Assembly: GCA_040758595.1 (NCBI GenBank)
Contig: JBFLVJ010000002.1
Coordinates: 38,504 to 102,503 of the forward strand
DNA: 64,000 nt
Reading direction: 5' to 3'
Origin: Candidatus Micrarchaeota archaeon
Lineage (GTDB): Archaea > Micrarchaeota > Micrarchaeia > Anstonellales > Bilamarchaeaceae
How positions within the stretch are numbered: position 1 is the first letter of the stretch; every line of letters begins with the position of its first letter. A program made the translations under genes and the position numbers. Shown here one piece after another: positions 1 through 10,341 of the stretch. The notes under the pieces are model-generated. The model made no database searches. It was not told the DNA's origin and saw only the letters and a list, made by a program, of their open reading frames with translations.

Positions 1-237
1 AGGCGCGGCCATGCCGGAGACGCCGAACAGCTCAACGACCTTCTAAAAATCAAGGAGATCGAGGCTCTTTATGCGACGACCGGGATGTGGGATCTTGTCG
101 CGATAGTGAGGGTCAAGAACAGGATGAACCTGCTCGAAGTGATACAGAAAATCGGCAACAACAAGATAGTGACCAAGACCATAACGCAGATAGTGGTCTT
201 CCCCTACAAGAGCCCTTACGAGTTCAACCCTCTCTGA
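1..237 (+). CDS. Lrp/AsnC-family regulator, C-terminal ligand-binding (RAM) domain; 5'-truncated by window edge
   Basis: Not in the ORF track. Manual frame-1 translation gives ...LLKIKEIEALYATTGMWDLVAIVRVKNRMNLLEVIQKIGNNKIVTKTITQIV...*, matching the RAM pattern (TGxxDL...V.KT.T). Confidence 0.7.
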   Translation, partial: RRGHAGDAEQLNDLLKIKEIEALYATTGMWDLVAIVRVKNRMNLLEVIQKIGNNKIVTKTITQIVVFPYKSPYEFNPL

Positions 238-1549
238 CTTTCTGGAATACGTTGCCATACATCTCGTGGTGCTTGTCTATCCTCAGCACCACCACACCGT
301 CCTTCACATCCTTGAACCCGTGGTCCCTGAGCATGGCATAATAATCCTGCCTCTCGATGGGCAGGATGCTCGCTCTTATGCGCTCCGCCTGCTCAAGGCT
401 CATATGGGGTCCGGGAGTCACGACGGGCGGCCATTCCTCCACGCTTACCAGCTTCCCACCCATGGAGAGCAGTTCGCTCATCTTCTTCACAGTCGCTTCT
501 TTGTCCACCACCCAGTGCGCCACATACGAAGCTAGGAGGGTGTCGGCGTTGTCGAATCCGATGCGTTCGAGCCCTTTGGATGTTACTTCCATGAGATCGG
601 CCAGGAGATATGAAACCTCCAGCTGTTGCTCCAGCAGTTCGGGGTGCTGCGAGTAGAGGTTCTCGTATCCCTCCTCGGCTTTTTCGAGCATCCTGCGCGT
701 GTTGTCGAGAGCGAGGATGCGGGTCGGTCCCCGCTTAGGCGGAATAGCCGCGAATTCAGGTATCATGATATTGCGGATATACTGGCGCATGGGGTGCGCG
801 GTTCCGCAGCCGATGTCTATTATCCGCTCCCCGAAATGGTGCGGGTAAGATGTCAATATCGCGTTCATGACGGCGTAATGCCTGTTGTACTTCTGGTGCA
901 GATCGAAATTCACCGCGAACTCATCCATGGTGCTATTTATCCTTCGGGAAGCCGAGCGCTTCTCCACCATGGTCAGCTCGCCCTTTTTCATCTCGCAGAA
1001 TACCGGCTGGCGCGCCTGGGAGGTCTCCTCTTCGTAAAGATGCAGGACGGCTCCGATACGGTCGGTCAGCGCTCTGGGTTTCGCATGGTCCTGGCTCACT
1101 ATGTCATCCGCTCCCGCGGCGATTATCCGGGCAGAGTTGGTGAATTCGCTATCAGTGATGTAAATGATCCTGAGATTCCTGTCGAACTCCTTGAGCAGTT
1201 TGAGGGCATTGAGCTGCTGGATGCCCTCGGAGCTCTCCTGGGGGCCGAGGATTATCACCCGCCTTGGCCCTTCTCTCTCAAGCCTCTCGAACAGCTTCGA
1301 GAAGCTGTTCTCATTGCTGCATTCGAACCGCTCCGGGAAATGCCTCCTTGCCGCCCGATAGAGATCGATATCGCATCCGAACAGGATGACGCTGACCGCT
1401 CCGTTCTTCCAGCTATCCAGTCGCAGCGCTCTCGGGCCATCTGTCATGGGATCGCCTAGGCGCAGGTGGCTGGGCCTGTTGCTGGATATGCCCGCAGACC
1501 GCTCCAGTCTCGATCTGTCGCTGAACCTCTTTCTACTCATCAACATCAC
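224..1549 (-). CDS. Degenerate receiver-like domain fused to class I SAM-dependent methyltransferase
   Basis: SAM motifs IIDIGCGT, ILALDN and LLASYVAHWV; upstream REC-like segment IIYITD...AAGADDIV. Start codon uncertain. Confidence 0.65.
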   Translation of the reverse strand: MMLMSRKRFSDRSRLERSAGISSNRPSHLRLGDPMTDGPRALRLDSWKNGAVSVILFGCDIDLYRAARRHFPERFECSNENSFSKLFERLEREGPRRVIILGPQESSEGIQQLNALKLLKEFDRNLRIIYITDSEFTNSARIIAAGADDIVSQDHAKPRALTDRIGAVLHLYEEETSQARQPVFCEMKKGELTMVEKRSASRRINSTMDEFAVNFDLHQKYNRHYAVMNAILTSYPHHFGERIIDIGCGTAHPMRQYIRNIMIPEFAAIPPKRGPTRILALDNTRRMLEKAEEGYENLYSQHPELLEQQLEVSYLLADLMEVTSKGLERIGFDNADTLLASYVAHWVVDKEATVKKMSELLSMGGKLVSVEEWPPVVTPGPHMSLEQAERIRASILPIERQDYYAMLRDHGFKDVKDGVVVLRIDKHHEMYGNVFQKVREG

Positions 1550-1684
1550 ACTGCATCGGGATTAACTTACTATGGATAAAAACATTTAAAATGGTAGCAT
1601 AGGTGCAAAAATGTGGTTAAAGAACAGGGGGGATTAAATTCCCTTTAGCCCCAATCAATCCACTGCTTCTTAGAGGGGGCGTCC

Positions 1685-4600
1685 ATGGAATACAGCGAGC
1701 TGCTGAAGAAAGGCCTTGATCATGCCTATGCCATCGCTTCAGAGGCACGGAGCAAGGGCTTCGACCCGACCGAGGATGTCGAGGTCAAGATAGCGAAGGA
1801 CGTGGCCGCCCGCGTAGAAGGTATCGTCGGCCCGCCCGGGGTCGCAGAGACCATCCGCGCCATGGAGAAAGGAGGGATGGCCAGGGAGAACATAGCGTTC
1901 GAGGTGGCCCAGAAAATCGCCGGCGGGGAGCTGATGAAGGCCAACAAGGAGCTCCTCATAGAGCAGGCGGTCAGGACCGGCCTGGGCATACTCACCGAGG
2001 GCGTGCTGGTCGCACCAACCGAGGGCATAGCGAAAGTGAAGATAAAGAACAATCCTGACGGCAGCGACTATGTGGCGGTCTATTATGCTGGCCCTATCAG
2101 GAGCGCAGGGGGCACCGCGGCTGCCCTCAGCCTCGTGCTGGCTGACCTCGCGCGCCGGGTATGCGGAGTCGGCGATTACCGCGCCACCGAATCCCAGATA
2201 GCTCGATACTACGAGGAGATTACGACCTACGAGACGCGCGTCACGCACCTCCAGTACATGCCTCCTGAAGAGGATGCCCGTGTCATCGCAGCCAACTGCC
2301 CGATCTGCATAGACGGGGACCCGACAGAGGAGATAGAGGTCTCGACCCACCGGGGGGTTCCGGGGGTGGAGACCGACCGCGTCCGGGGCGGCGTGCCGCT
2401 CGTAATGTGCGAGGGCGTTGCAGCGAAGGCGGCGAAACTGCTCAAATACACCAACAGGCTCAACCTCGGATGGAACTGGCTCGAGAAGATAATCAAGATA
2501 AAGAAGAAGGCCGACAAGATAGAGATAAAGCCCGACCCGACATACCTAGAAGGGCTGGTCGCCGGAAGGCCGGTGTTCAGCCACGCGTCTGCAAAAGGCG
2601 GGTTCAGGCTCCGCTATGGTCGGAGCCGGACCACCTGCCTCATGGGCAAGAACATCCATCCGGCCACCATGATCATGCTCGACCGTTTCCTCGCATACGG
2701 TACCCACATGAAGATAGAGCGCCCCGGCAAAGGCTGCGTGGTGGCGGGCCATGACGGCCTGGAGCCGCCGGCGGTCAGGCTCAAGAGCGGCAGGGTGATG
2801 AAGGTGCGCACGCTGGAAGAGGCGCACGGCATCAAGGACGAGGTCGAGGAGATACTGTTCCTGGGCGACCTGCTCTGCGCGTTCGGCGACTTCCACAAGT
2901 CCAACCATCCGCTGATGCCTTCGGGCTACTGCCAGGAATGGTGGGAGAGGGAGCTGGAGGCCAAAGGCATCCAGCCGCCAGAGGATCTGGATGCGGATGC
3001 GCTCTTCTCCTTCTCGAGGATGCACGGCGTCCCGCTACATCCTGATTTCACATATCACTGGCATGACATATCTCCGGAGCAGCTCAAAGCCCTCTCGGAA
3101 TGGCTCAAAGGCGGCGAGCTTCAGATGGGCCCGGATAGCCGCATACGGAACCTCTCGCTCCCCAAATCCGATGCCAAGCGGGTGCTGGAGGAGCTCATAC
3201 TCGAGCACGATGTCAAGGACGGGAAAGTGGTCCTGGACGGCGAGCACGCGTTCGCGCTCCTCTCGTCGCTCGGAGCCCTCAAGGACTGGAAGGTGGATCT
3301 CTCGGATTTCGAGCGCATCTATGATCCGTCCAAGAAGACGCTGGACATGATCAACGAGGCCTCAGGCCTCAAGATAAAGCCCAAGGCGCCCACCTATATC
3401 GGGGCGAGGATGGGCAGGCCAGAGAAGGCCAAGGAGCGCAAGATGGACGGCTCTCCGCATGTGCTTTTCCCAAGCGGCTCTTTCAAGAACCGCAGCCTGA
3501 CAAAGATAAACCGCACCCTGAGGGCAAGAGAGGGCGAGAAGACTGTCAACATCGAGATATCCAGGTTCCGCTGCGGAAAATGCGGCAAGCTCGGATTCTA
3601 CAGGCGTTGCCCGCTCTGCGGGGAGAGAGCGGCGGAAGAGCGCATCTGCCAGAAATGCGGCCGGCCTGTCAACATGGAGATGCACTGCGACATGAAGACA
3701 GTCTCCTACGACAGAAGGCCCGTGGATGTCATCGAGCTATTCGACCAGGCCAAGGACAAGGTCGGCATGCTCCCGGACGAAGTGAAGGGTGTCAAGGGCC
3801 TCTCCAACGCCACCCGTATCCCCGAGCGCCTGGAGAAAGGTTTCCTGCGATCAAAGCACGATGTCTATGTATTCCGCGACGGGACCTCAAGGTTCGACGC
3901 CACCGACATACCGGTCACCCATTTCGTCCCGAAGGAGCTCGGCCTGAGCGTGCAGAAGGCCAAGGAGCTCGGCTATTCTGTCGATTACCTGGGCCGGCCG
4001 CTCGAGGACGAGAACCAGACCGTGATGATGTACCACCAGGACATCATCCTGGCCGAGGACGGGGCGGATTACTTCCTGAAGGTGGCCGCGTTCATAGACG
4101 ACATGCTCATGAACCTCTACGGCATGAAGCCGTTCTACAGTCTCAAGAGCAAGAGCGATCTGATAGGCCACTTCGCGGTCGGCCTCTCCCCGCACACCAG
4201 CGCAGGGGCCCTCTGCAGGGTAATCGGGTTCACAAAGGCAACGGTGGGCTACGGCCACCCTTACTTCCACACCGCAAAAAGGAGGAATTGCTTCCATCCA
4301 GAGACAGAGATCGTGATATGGGATGATGTGAAAAAGAAGCGCGTCTCACACCGTTTAGGGGCCTTGGTAGAGCGGGCATTTGAAGAACATCCGGACAAAG
4401 TCAGACGGCTTGATGAATATACCGAACGTGTAGACGTACCCGACGGCATGTTCACATTCGGTATAGACCTCAAGTCAAACAAAGTCGTCCGGAAGAAAAT
4501 AAAGTGCCTGATAAGGGCAAAAGCGCCTGAGAAGTGGCTGAAGATCGTGACGACCACAAACAGAAAAATGATCGTGACTCCGGACCATAATGTGCTGTGT

Positions 4601-6565
4601 TCAGATGGCACCGGCCTTAAGGCGCTCGAAGCGAAGGATTTGAAACCCGGTGCTGATTTGCCAGTTTGCCTGAAACTTGACATTCCGACAATGAAAACCA
4701 GGGCATCCGGAATTAACCTTGCAGAGGAATTATGTGTTCTGGATGCCGAAACAAAAGACTCGATCATGATCCGTTGCAAGCCGTTCTTCAAGAAACTATT
4801 CTATGAAAACCGCAAATCCGTGCTTGAAATCCTCGATATCCGTGACTATCAGAGAAGAACTCCGATCTCCTGGTATAGCAGCGTCTCATTATCCCACCTA
4901 GAACTCCTTGTCAAGCATGGCATCTGTCGTTTCGATGATTTGCCAAAAAATGCCAAAATAGCAATGAAAAGAGACGACATGTCCCTTCCGCTCCGCATCC
5001 CCATAGACGAAAACCTCATGATAATACTGGGTTATTATATCGCCGAAGGGTATGCAAGACAAGGCAAATCATGCAATCAGATAAATTTCAGGATATGCAA
5101 CAGGAGGATGGGCGGTATCCTTGCCCGGGCGATAAAAAACGTATTCGGCAAAAGACCCTATACTGGAGAAAACCGCACCCAATTCATGCTGTGCGGCAAG
5201 ATAATCTATCTTCTGTTCACTAAAATCTTCGAAACCGGAATCAATGCGCACACCAAGCGCATCCCATCGATTGTTTTCTCTTCGGAGGATTCACTGGTCA
5301 AAGCATTCATATCAGCATATTTCGACGGGGACGGTAGTGTGGTCGCAGACCCGCCGCGGATGTATCTGTATTCGGTTTCTCTGGGGCTTCTTGAGGATTT
5401 CGGGACGCTTCTATTGCGTTTTGGCATTTTCACCAGATACGGCTGGACGAAACCCAGATTGCCCGGCCGGAGGCTGCTCGAAAGATATGAAGAGCTCGGC
5501 AAACCTCCAAAACTGTTTTCACTCGGATCTCTCTCACTATATGGCACGGATTTGCTCAGATTTGCAGATATATGCAGCCCCAGAATCGCAAAAAAGGCCG
5601 CAAGGATGGCAAAACTGAGGGGGCACAAAGAAACGGATGTCCGTTTCATCAAATACGAAAATCAGCGGTTTCCAGTCCATCCCAAGAGCGATTATCTATT
5701 TGACAAAGTGAAATCCATCGAGAGCTTCCCGGAAAATACGCGTGCATACTGTCTGGATGTCGAAGGCCAGCGGATAGAAGAGAAAAACGTGCTGTTGAAC
5801 AACCAGATGATAACAATCCGTTGCGACGGCGACGAGGATTCGGTGATGCTTTTGATGGATGCGCTCATCAACTTCTCCAGACGCTTCCTGAACGAGAAGC
5901 GCGGAGGGACCATGGACGCCCCGCTGGTCCTCTCGGTCGAGATAAACCCCAAAGAGGTCGATGACGAGGCGCACTCCATAGAGATAGTCTCCAGGTACCC
6001 GCTGGATTTCTACGAGGCCGCCGAGCGCCTGACCCCTCCCGGCGACATCAAGCTGAAGAGGGTGAAAGACGTGCTCGGAACTCCGGAGCAGTACGAGCTT
6101 CCGATAACGCATCCTGGCGGCAGCCTTGACCAGGGCAATATAAGGACCGCTTATGTGGAGCTGCAGTCCATTCCCGAGAAGATAGACATCCAGTTCTCGC
6201 TCCAGGGGCGGCTCCGGCCGGTGGACAAACGGGACGCGGCTGAGCGTCTCATCCTCAGCCACTTCATCCCGGACCTCTACGGGAACCTCCGCTCGTTCTC
6301 CCGCCAGACCTTCAGGTGCGTCTCCTGCAACACCATTTTCAGGCGAGTCCCGCTGGCAGGCAAGTGCAACCGCTGCGGCGGCAACCTGCTCCTGACGATA
6401 AACAAGGGCGGGATAGAGAAATATCTCCAGATATCCAGGGACATCGTGGACCGCTATGACCTGCCGTTCTACCTGAAACAGAGGCTGGAGCTGGTCGGGA
6501 AGGAGATAAAGAGCATATTCGAGGACGACAAGGTCAAGCAGATGGGGCTGAGCGACTTTTTGTGA
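1685..6565 (+). CDS. polC: DNA polymerase II (PolD) large subunit DP2, intein-containing
   Basis: YYAGPIRSAGGTA, GGFRLRYGRSR, IGARMGRPEKA, KRRN...CDGDED, GGTMDAPLVL and C-terminal zinc fingers. Confidence 0.98.
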   Translation: MEYSELLKKGLDHAYAIASEARSKGFDPTEDVEVKIAKDVAARVEGIVGPPGVAETIRAMEKGGMARENIAFEVAQKIAGGELMKANKELLIEQAVRTGLGILTEGVLVAPTEGIAKVKIKNNPDGSDYVAVYYAGPIRSAGGTAAALSLVLADLARRVCGVGDYRATESQIARYYEEITTYETRVTHLQYMPPEEDARVIAANCPICIDGDPTEEIEVSTHRGVPGVETDRVRGGVPLVMCEGVAAKAAKLLKYTNRLNLGWNWLEKIIKIKKKADKIEIKPDPTYLEGLVAGRPVFSHASAKGGFRLRYGRSRTTCLMGKNIHPATMIMLDRFLAYGTHMKIERPGKGCVVAGHDGLEPPAVRLKSGRVMKVRTLEEAHGIKDEVEEILFLGDLLCAFGDFHKSNHPLMPSGYCQEWWERELEAKGIQPPEDLDADALFSFSRMHGVPLHPDFTYHWHDISPEQLKALSEWLKGGELQMGPDSRIRNLSLPKSDAKRVLEELILEHDVKDGKVVLDGEHAFALLSSLGALKDWKVDLSDFERIYDPSKKTLDMINEASGLKIKPKAPTYIGARMGRPEKAKERKMDGSPHVLFPSGSFKNRSLTKINRTLRAREGEKTVNIEISRFRCGKCGKLGFYRRCPLCGERAAEERICQKCGRPVNMEMHCDMKTVSYDRRPVDVIELFDQAKDKVGMLPDEVKGVKGLSNATRIPERLEKGFLRSKHDVYVFRDGTSRFDATDIPVTHFVPKELGLSVQKAKELGYSVDYLGRPLEDENQTVMMYHQDIILAEDGADYFLKVAAFIDDMLMNLYGMKPFYSLKSKSDLIGHFAVGLSPHTSAGALCRVIGFTKATVGYGHPYFHTAKRRNCFHPETEIVIWDDVKKKRVSHRLGALVERAFEEHPDKVRRLDEYTERVDVPDGMFTFGIDLKSNKVVRKKIKCLIRAKAPEKWLKIVTTTNRKMIVTPDHNVLCSDGTGLKALEAKDLKPGADLPVCLKLDIPTMKTRASGINLAEELCVLDAETKDSIMIRCKPFFKKLFYENRKSVLEILDIRDYQRRTPISWYSSVSLSHLELLVKHGICRFDDLPKNAKIAMKRDDMSLPLRIPIDENLMIILGYYIAEGYARQGKSCNQINFRICNRRMGGILARAIKNVFGKRPYTGENRTQFMLCGKIIYLLFTKIFETGINAHTKRIPSIVFSSEDSLVKAFISAYFDGDGSVVADPPRMYLYSVSLGLLEDFGTLLLRFGIFTRYGWTKPRLPGRRLLERYEELGKPPKLFSLGSLSLYGTDLLRFADICSPRIAKKAARMAKLRGHKETDVRFIKYENQRFPVHPKSDYLFDKVKSIESFPENTRAYCLDVEGQRIEEKNVLLNNQMITIRCDGDEDSVMLLMDALINFSRRFLNEKRGGTMDAPLVLSVEINPKEVDDEAHSIEIVSRYPLDFYEAAERLTPPGDIKLKRVKDVLGTPEQYELPITHPGGSLDQGNIRTAYVELQSIPEKIDIQFSLQGRLRPVDKRDAAERLILSHFIPDLYGNLRSFSRQTFRCVSCNTIFRRVPLAGKCNRCGGNLLLTINKGGIEKYLQISRDIVDRYDLPFYLKQRLELVGKEIKSIFEDDKVKQMGLSDFL
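4289..5821 (+). mobile_element. Intein (511 aa) with LAGLIDADG homing endonuclease in DP2
   Basis: Inserted between HTAKRRN and CDGDED. Block A CFHPET, block B VTPDH, LAGLIDADG motifs LGYYIAEG and ISAYFDGDG. Visibly more AT-rich than the exteins. Confidence 0.95.
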
Positions 6566-6603
6566 AATGAGAAAAGGAAAAATAAAGGAAAAATGAAGAA
6601 GGT

Positions 6604-7068
6604 CTACTTCTTCATGCCGGCGACGAAGGCGCCGATCGCGCCGAGCACGAGGCCGATGACGGTCCCGGTGATGACGCCGAACACGATGCCGATCACGCCG
6701 AAGCCCGCTCCGATGGCGGCTCCGCCGATGTCATTCCCGCCGGCCACTCCGACACCGATGCCGAGCAACTGGACGACGAAACCGACCACGCCGCTGACGA
6801 CACCAGCCACGAAGGCCACCAGGCCTCCGGTCAGCGCGCCGCCGACAAGGTCCATGCCTGCTTCCTTGACAGCCTTGTAGCCGGCCCAGGCGTTGACCAC
6901 CCAGCCGATGATGGCCAGCGGGAGACCTATCACACAAAGGAGCATGCTCAGGACGGGGATCGCTCCGACCACTGTCGAGAATATGCCCAGCAGGATCAAT
7001 ACCACGATGGGTATGGTCCCGACCTTGAACGCTTTTCCGATATCAAATGCCAAAATATCACCTGGCAT
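6604..7068 (-). CDS. Gly-rich multi-pass membrane protein
   Basis: About four hydrophobic Gly/Ala-rich segments. Confidence 0.7.
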   Translation of the reverse strand: MPGDILAFDIGKAFKVGTIPIVVLILLGIFSTVVGAIPVLSMLLCVIGLPLAIIGWVVNAWAGYKAVKEAGMDLVGGALTGGLVAFVAGVVSGVVGFVVQLLGIGVGVAGGNDIGGAAIGAGFGVIGIVFGVITGTVIGLVLGAIGAFVAGMKK

Positions 7069-7174
7069 ACACTCGCAGAATAAGATTTATAACCCGCTAT
7101 GGGGCGGCATCAAGCCGGACAGAACAAGCGCGATAAGACGAAGATAAAAGAAAAAAAGGAAAATGGGCGAAGCT

Positions 7175-7531
7175 TCACTTCACCTGCTTCTCAGCGAACT
7201 CGCCGACGACCGGGAGCAGGAATTTCTCCCCCTGGTACGCCTTGTACGCGAAGTACAGGAACACCAATATGATCAGCGGCATGCACAGGCTACCGATGCC
7301 GAACGTCACCACCGCGACGATCATCGATACGACCCATGCCACGATAGCCAGAATGGTGCTCTGCCATGCGTGGAACATGATGAACTTATCCTTCTTCTTG
7401 TCCTCCATCAGGTAGACCACGATGAGCATAAGTATCGGGAACACGTAGTTCAGAGCGCTCCAGAGCTTAGCCTCGCTGGAAACACCGGACGGTGTCGAGG
7501 ACTTTATTTCCATTTTTTCTCCTGCCATCAA
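7175..7531 (-). CDS. Small membrane protein, DUF4870-like
   Basis: ALNY...FHAWQS...AYKAYQGEKFLLPVVG pattern; GGAGG upstream. Confidence 0.75.
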   Translation of the reverse strand: MMAGEKMEIKSSTPSGVSSEAKLWSALNYVFPILMLIVVYLMEDKKKDKFIMFHAWQSTILAIVAWVVSMIVAVVTFGIGSLCMPLIILVFLYFAYKAYQGEKFLLPVVGEFAEKQVK

Positions 7532-7653
7532 TATACCTCCTTTATTGCTCCATATAGAGAGGAGCGGATTGCCTTATACTCGAATGGTATGTTTATAAAC
7601 ATTTTACAAACGAGGGGTGTCGGTTTTTAATCCCGGACCGCCAAGAGAAAAAC

Positions 7654-9102
7654 ATGATGCTATACGATTCCCTCTCCAGGCAGACTGAGGCGTTCAAGCC
7701 CGTGGAGGACAAGCTGGTCAGGATGTACGTCTGCGGCATCACGCCCTACGATGACACCCACATCGGCCACGCGAGGAGCTATGTCGCCTTCGATATGATA
7801 AAGCGCTTCCTGATAAATGACGGCTACTCGGTCTATCACATCCAGAACATCACCGACGTGGATGACAAGATAATCAAGCGCTGCAAGGAGACTGGTGCCG
7901 ACCCCAGGGTCCTGCCAAGGCGCTTGCACGAAGAGGCGCTCGAGCTGTTCGGGAGACTCGGCATCCTCCCCGCCGATGTATATCCGGCGGTGACGGAGCA
8001 TATCCCCCAGATAATCAGGTTCATCCAGGCCCTGATGGGGAAAGGGGCGGCCTATGAGACCCCGGACGGGGTCTATTTCAGCGTAAAATCGTTCCCCGGT
8101 TACGGCAAGCTCTCCGGGCAGGATTTGGAGCGCATCAGGGCAGGCGCGAGGATAGAGGTGGATGAGAACAAGAAGGATCCGGCGGATTTCGCCCTCTGGA
8201 AGAAGACAGGCGGCGAGATAATCGAGTTCGAGAGCCCCTGGGGCAGGGGCAGGCCCGGCTGGCACATCGAGTGCTCTGTCATGGCCAACGAATATTCCAA
8301 GAACACCCTCGACATCCACGGCGGCGGCAGGGATCTCATATTCCCCCATCACGAGAACGAGGTGGCCCAGAGCGAAGCCGCCACGGGCCGGAAGTTCTGC
8401 AACAACTGGCTCCACACCGGCTTCCTGACCGTGGACGGCGAGAAGATGAGCAAGTCCTTGGGCAACTTCATCACCCTCAAGCAGGCCCTCTCGCAGTTCG
8501 AACCGAACGCGCTCCGGCTCTTCTTCCTGCAGATGCACTACCGCAGCCCGCTGGACTACAACGAGGACAGCATACGGGCGGCCGGAGAGAGCGTGGAGCG
8601 CATATTCAACTCCCTCGGCCTCATAAGAGAGACGATCGCTTCTACAGAGGATGGCGGCCCTGACGCGGAGTTCAGGGCGAAAAGCGACGAGCTGATAGAG
8701 AAGTTCCGCAAGGACATGGAAAACGATTTCAACACCCCCGAGGCGATAGCATCGCTCTTCAACCTGCTCCGCCTCTCCAATAGCCATCTCTCTGGAAAGC
8801 CCGACAAAGAGCAACTCACAAAAGTGGCCAAATCCATAGAATCCATGATCTGGGTGCTCGGCTTGGTGGAGAGGAGGTCCGACCTCGATGGCAAGACCGA
8901 TGCCCTCCTCTCGCTTGTCAGGAAGCTTGGCGGGGGAGCAGCCAGCCCCGAGGAAGCCCTCGAGAAGCTGGTCGCCATGCGCGATGATGCGAGGGCCAAG
9001 AAAGACTACAAGAAGTCTGATTTGATCCGGGAAAGGCTCAAGGGTATCGGCATAATCCTGGAAGACAAGAGCGGCTCGGGCGTGCGCTGGAAACTGGCCT
9101 AG
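7654..9102 (+). CDS. cysS: Cysteinyl-tRNA synthetase
   Basis: MYVCGITPYD, HIGH, GRPGWHIECS, FPHHENE, KMSKS. Confidence 0.98.
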   Translation: MMLYDSLSRQTEAFKPVEDKLVRMYVCGITPYDDTHIGHARSYVAFDMIKRFLINDGYSVYHIQNITDVDDKIIKRCKETGADPRVLPRRLHEEALELFGRLGILPADVYPAVTEHIPQIIRFIQALMGKGAAYETPDGVYFSVKSFPGYGKLSGQDLERIRAGARIEVDENKKDPADFALWKKTGGEIIEFESPWGRGRPGWHIECSVMANEYSKNTLDIHGGGRDLIFPHHENEVAQSEAATGRKFCNNWLHTGFLTVDGEKMSKSLGNFITLKQALSQFEPNALRLFFLQMHYRSPLDYNEDSIRAAGESVERIFNSLGLIRETIASTEDGGPDAEFRAKSDELIEKFRKDMENDFNTPEAIASLFNLLRLSNSHLSGKPDKEQLTKVAKSIESMIWVLGLVERRSDLDGKTDALLSLVRKLGGGAASPEEALEKLVAMRDDARAKKDYKKSDLIRERLKGIGIILEDKSGSGVRWKLA

Positions 9103-9136
9103 GCAGCAGAACTCAGGACTGATGGAAAATCCACGC

Positions 9137-9202
9137 GGTTTCGAGTCCAGCGTCTCGGGCTTCGTGTCCAAACCCGAAATCCGGAACCGGAAACCCAAAC
9201 CC
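9137..9202. repeat. Inverted array of degenerate 7-mer repeats (GAAACCC-like)
   Basis: GGTTTC/GGGCTTC-type units, then TGTCC, then AAACCC GAAATCC GGAACCG GAAACCC; lies between convergent genes. Confidence 0.7.
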
Positions 9203-9235
9203 GCCAGAACTGCCGGTGGTGTCTTTGTAGGGCAG

Positions 9236-9943
9236 CTAATACTGGTCCATCTTGTACTTGGAGCTGTCCTGTCCATTACCTGTCCATGCAGCTATGTTGC
9301 TTTTCGTCCAGAGACCGAGAGTCCTCAGGAAGCCGTCGCTCTTGAACCTCCTGTCGGAGAGCTCCACCCACATCATGCTGTCGTATACGACGTGCCTGGA
9401 AGGAGGCAGCCTCCTGGTCAGGTCGGTATCCTCGCAGATGACCGAGTCGTACCCGCCGGCATCGAGGAATATCTTCTTACGGTATGCCGAGTTGTTGGAT
9501 GCGAACCAGTACTTGCCGGTGGCGAAGTGCATCAGCCTCGCGAAATAGAACACGATGCGTGAATAGGTGTCATAGGTGAACTTGCCCAATGAACTGTCGG
9601 CGTCGTAGAGATCGAGCCCTCCGGCGGCGATTATATGCGGCTCGCTGAAGTGCTTCCTTATCCTATGCGCGAAATCATCCGCGGTGATGCAATCCGCGTC
9701 CACGAACACCACGATGTCATTCTTCGCTGCCTTGGCCCCTTCGGTCCTGGCGATGCCGTTGCCCTGCTTGGGCCTCAGCACCACCCTGGCGCCGTGCTTC
9801 TTGGCTATCTCCACCGTGCGGTCCTTGCTGTGGCTGTCTACGATGACTATCTCGTCCTCCCCGCGAAGCTGGGGCTTGAGGTTCAGGAGCAGCCTCTCTA
9901 TATGCTTCTCCTCGTTGTAAGTCGGAATCACGATGCTCAGCAT
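9236..9943 (-). CDS. GT2-family glycosyltransferase
   Basis: SIVIPTYNEE, IVDSHSKDRT, FVDAD, ED motif. Confidence 0.92.
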   Translation of the reverse strand: MLSIVIPTYNEEKHIERLLLNLKPQLRGEDEIVIVDSHSKDRTVEIAKKHGARVVLRPKQGNGIARTEGAKAAKNDIVVFVDADCITADDFAHRIRKHFSEPHIIAAGGLDLYDADSSLGKFTYDTYSRIVFYFARLMHFATGKYWFASNNSAYRKKIFLDAGGYDSVICEDTDLTRRLPPSRHVVYDSMMWVELSDRRFKSDGFLRTLGLWTKSNIAAWTGNGQDSSKYKMDQY

Positions 9944-9997
9944 TCTATCCTCACCAATACATTATATGTAACTATAAACCACTTTAAAAAAGCTCGC

Positions 9998-10291
9998 TCA
10001 ATGGCCGCTCCTCTCCAGCTCGTCCGATATGTCCCTGCATTTCCGGAGCAGGCCCTCCAGCTCGTCTATCCCGAAGGTGGAATCCTTCACTTCCAGTATG
10101 CGGTTTATCTTGCTTTTCCAGAGGGTGGTGCGCTCTGCGCTGACCCTGCCGGCAGCGACGCCGCTGGTCCGTCTGAGCAGCGAGGAGCATTCAGAGCCTA
10201 TGTAGCCCCGCAGCCTCGCCACGGTCCCTTCTATGGATACCGCGCCGCGCACTTCCGGTATCTCGAACCGACCTGCTTCTTCGGTTGCCAT
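9998..10291 (-). CDS. Hypothetical protein
   Basis: ORF from MATEEAG fills the gap divergent from purN; no motif recognised. Confidence 0.5.
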   Translation of the reverse strand: MATEEAGRFEIPEVRGAVSIEGTVARLRGYIGSECSSLLRRTSGVAAGRVSAERTTLWKSKINRILEVKDSTFGIDELEGLLRKCRDISDELERSGH

Positions 10292-10341
10292 GGTGCAATA
10301 TCCCGCATGATAATTAAAACGTTTTCTGCAAGGATGATGAT

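Noticed and set aside
7660..9276. 538-aa antisense ORF, and similar long shadow ORFs over ileS, the fumarase gene and amrS
   Set aside because: They lie opposite clear housekeeping genes, as expected from high GC3, and show no motifs.
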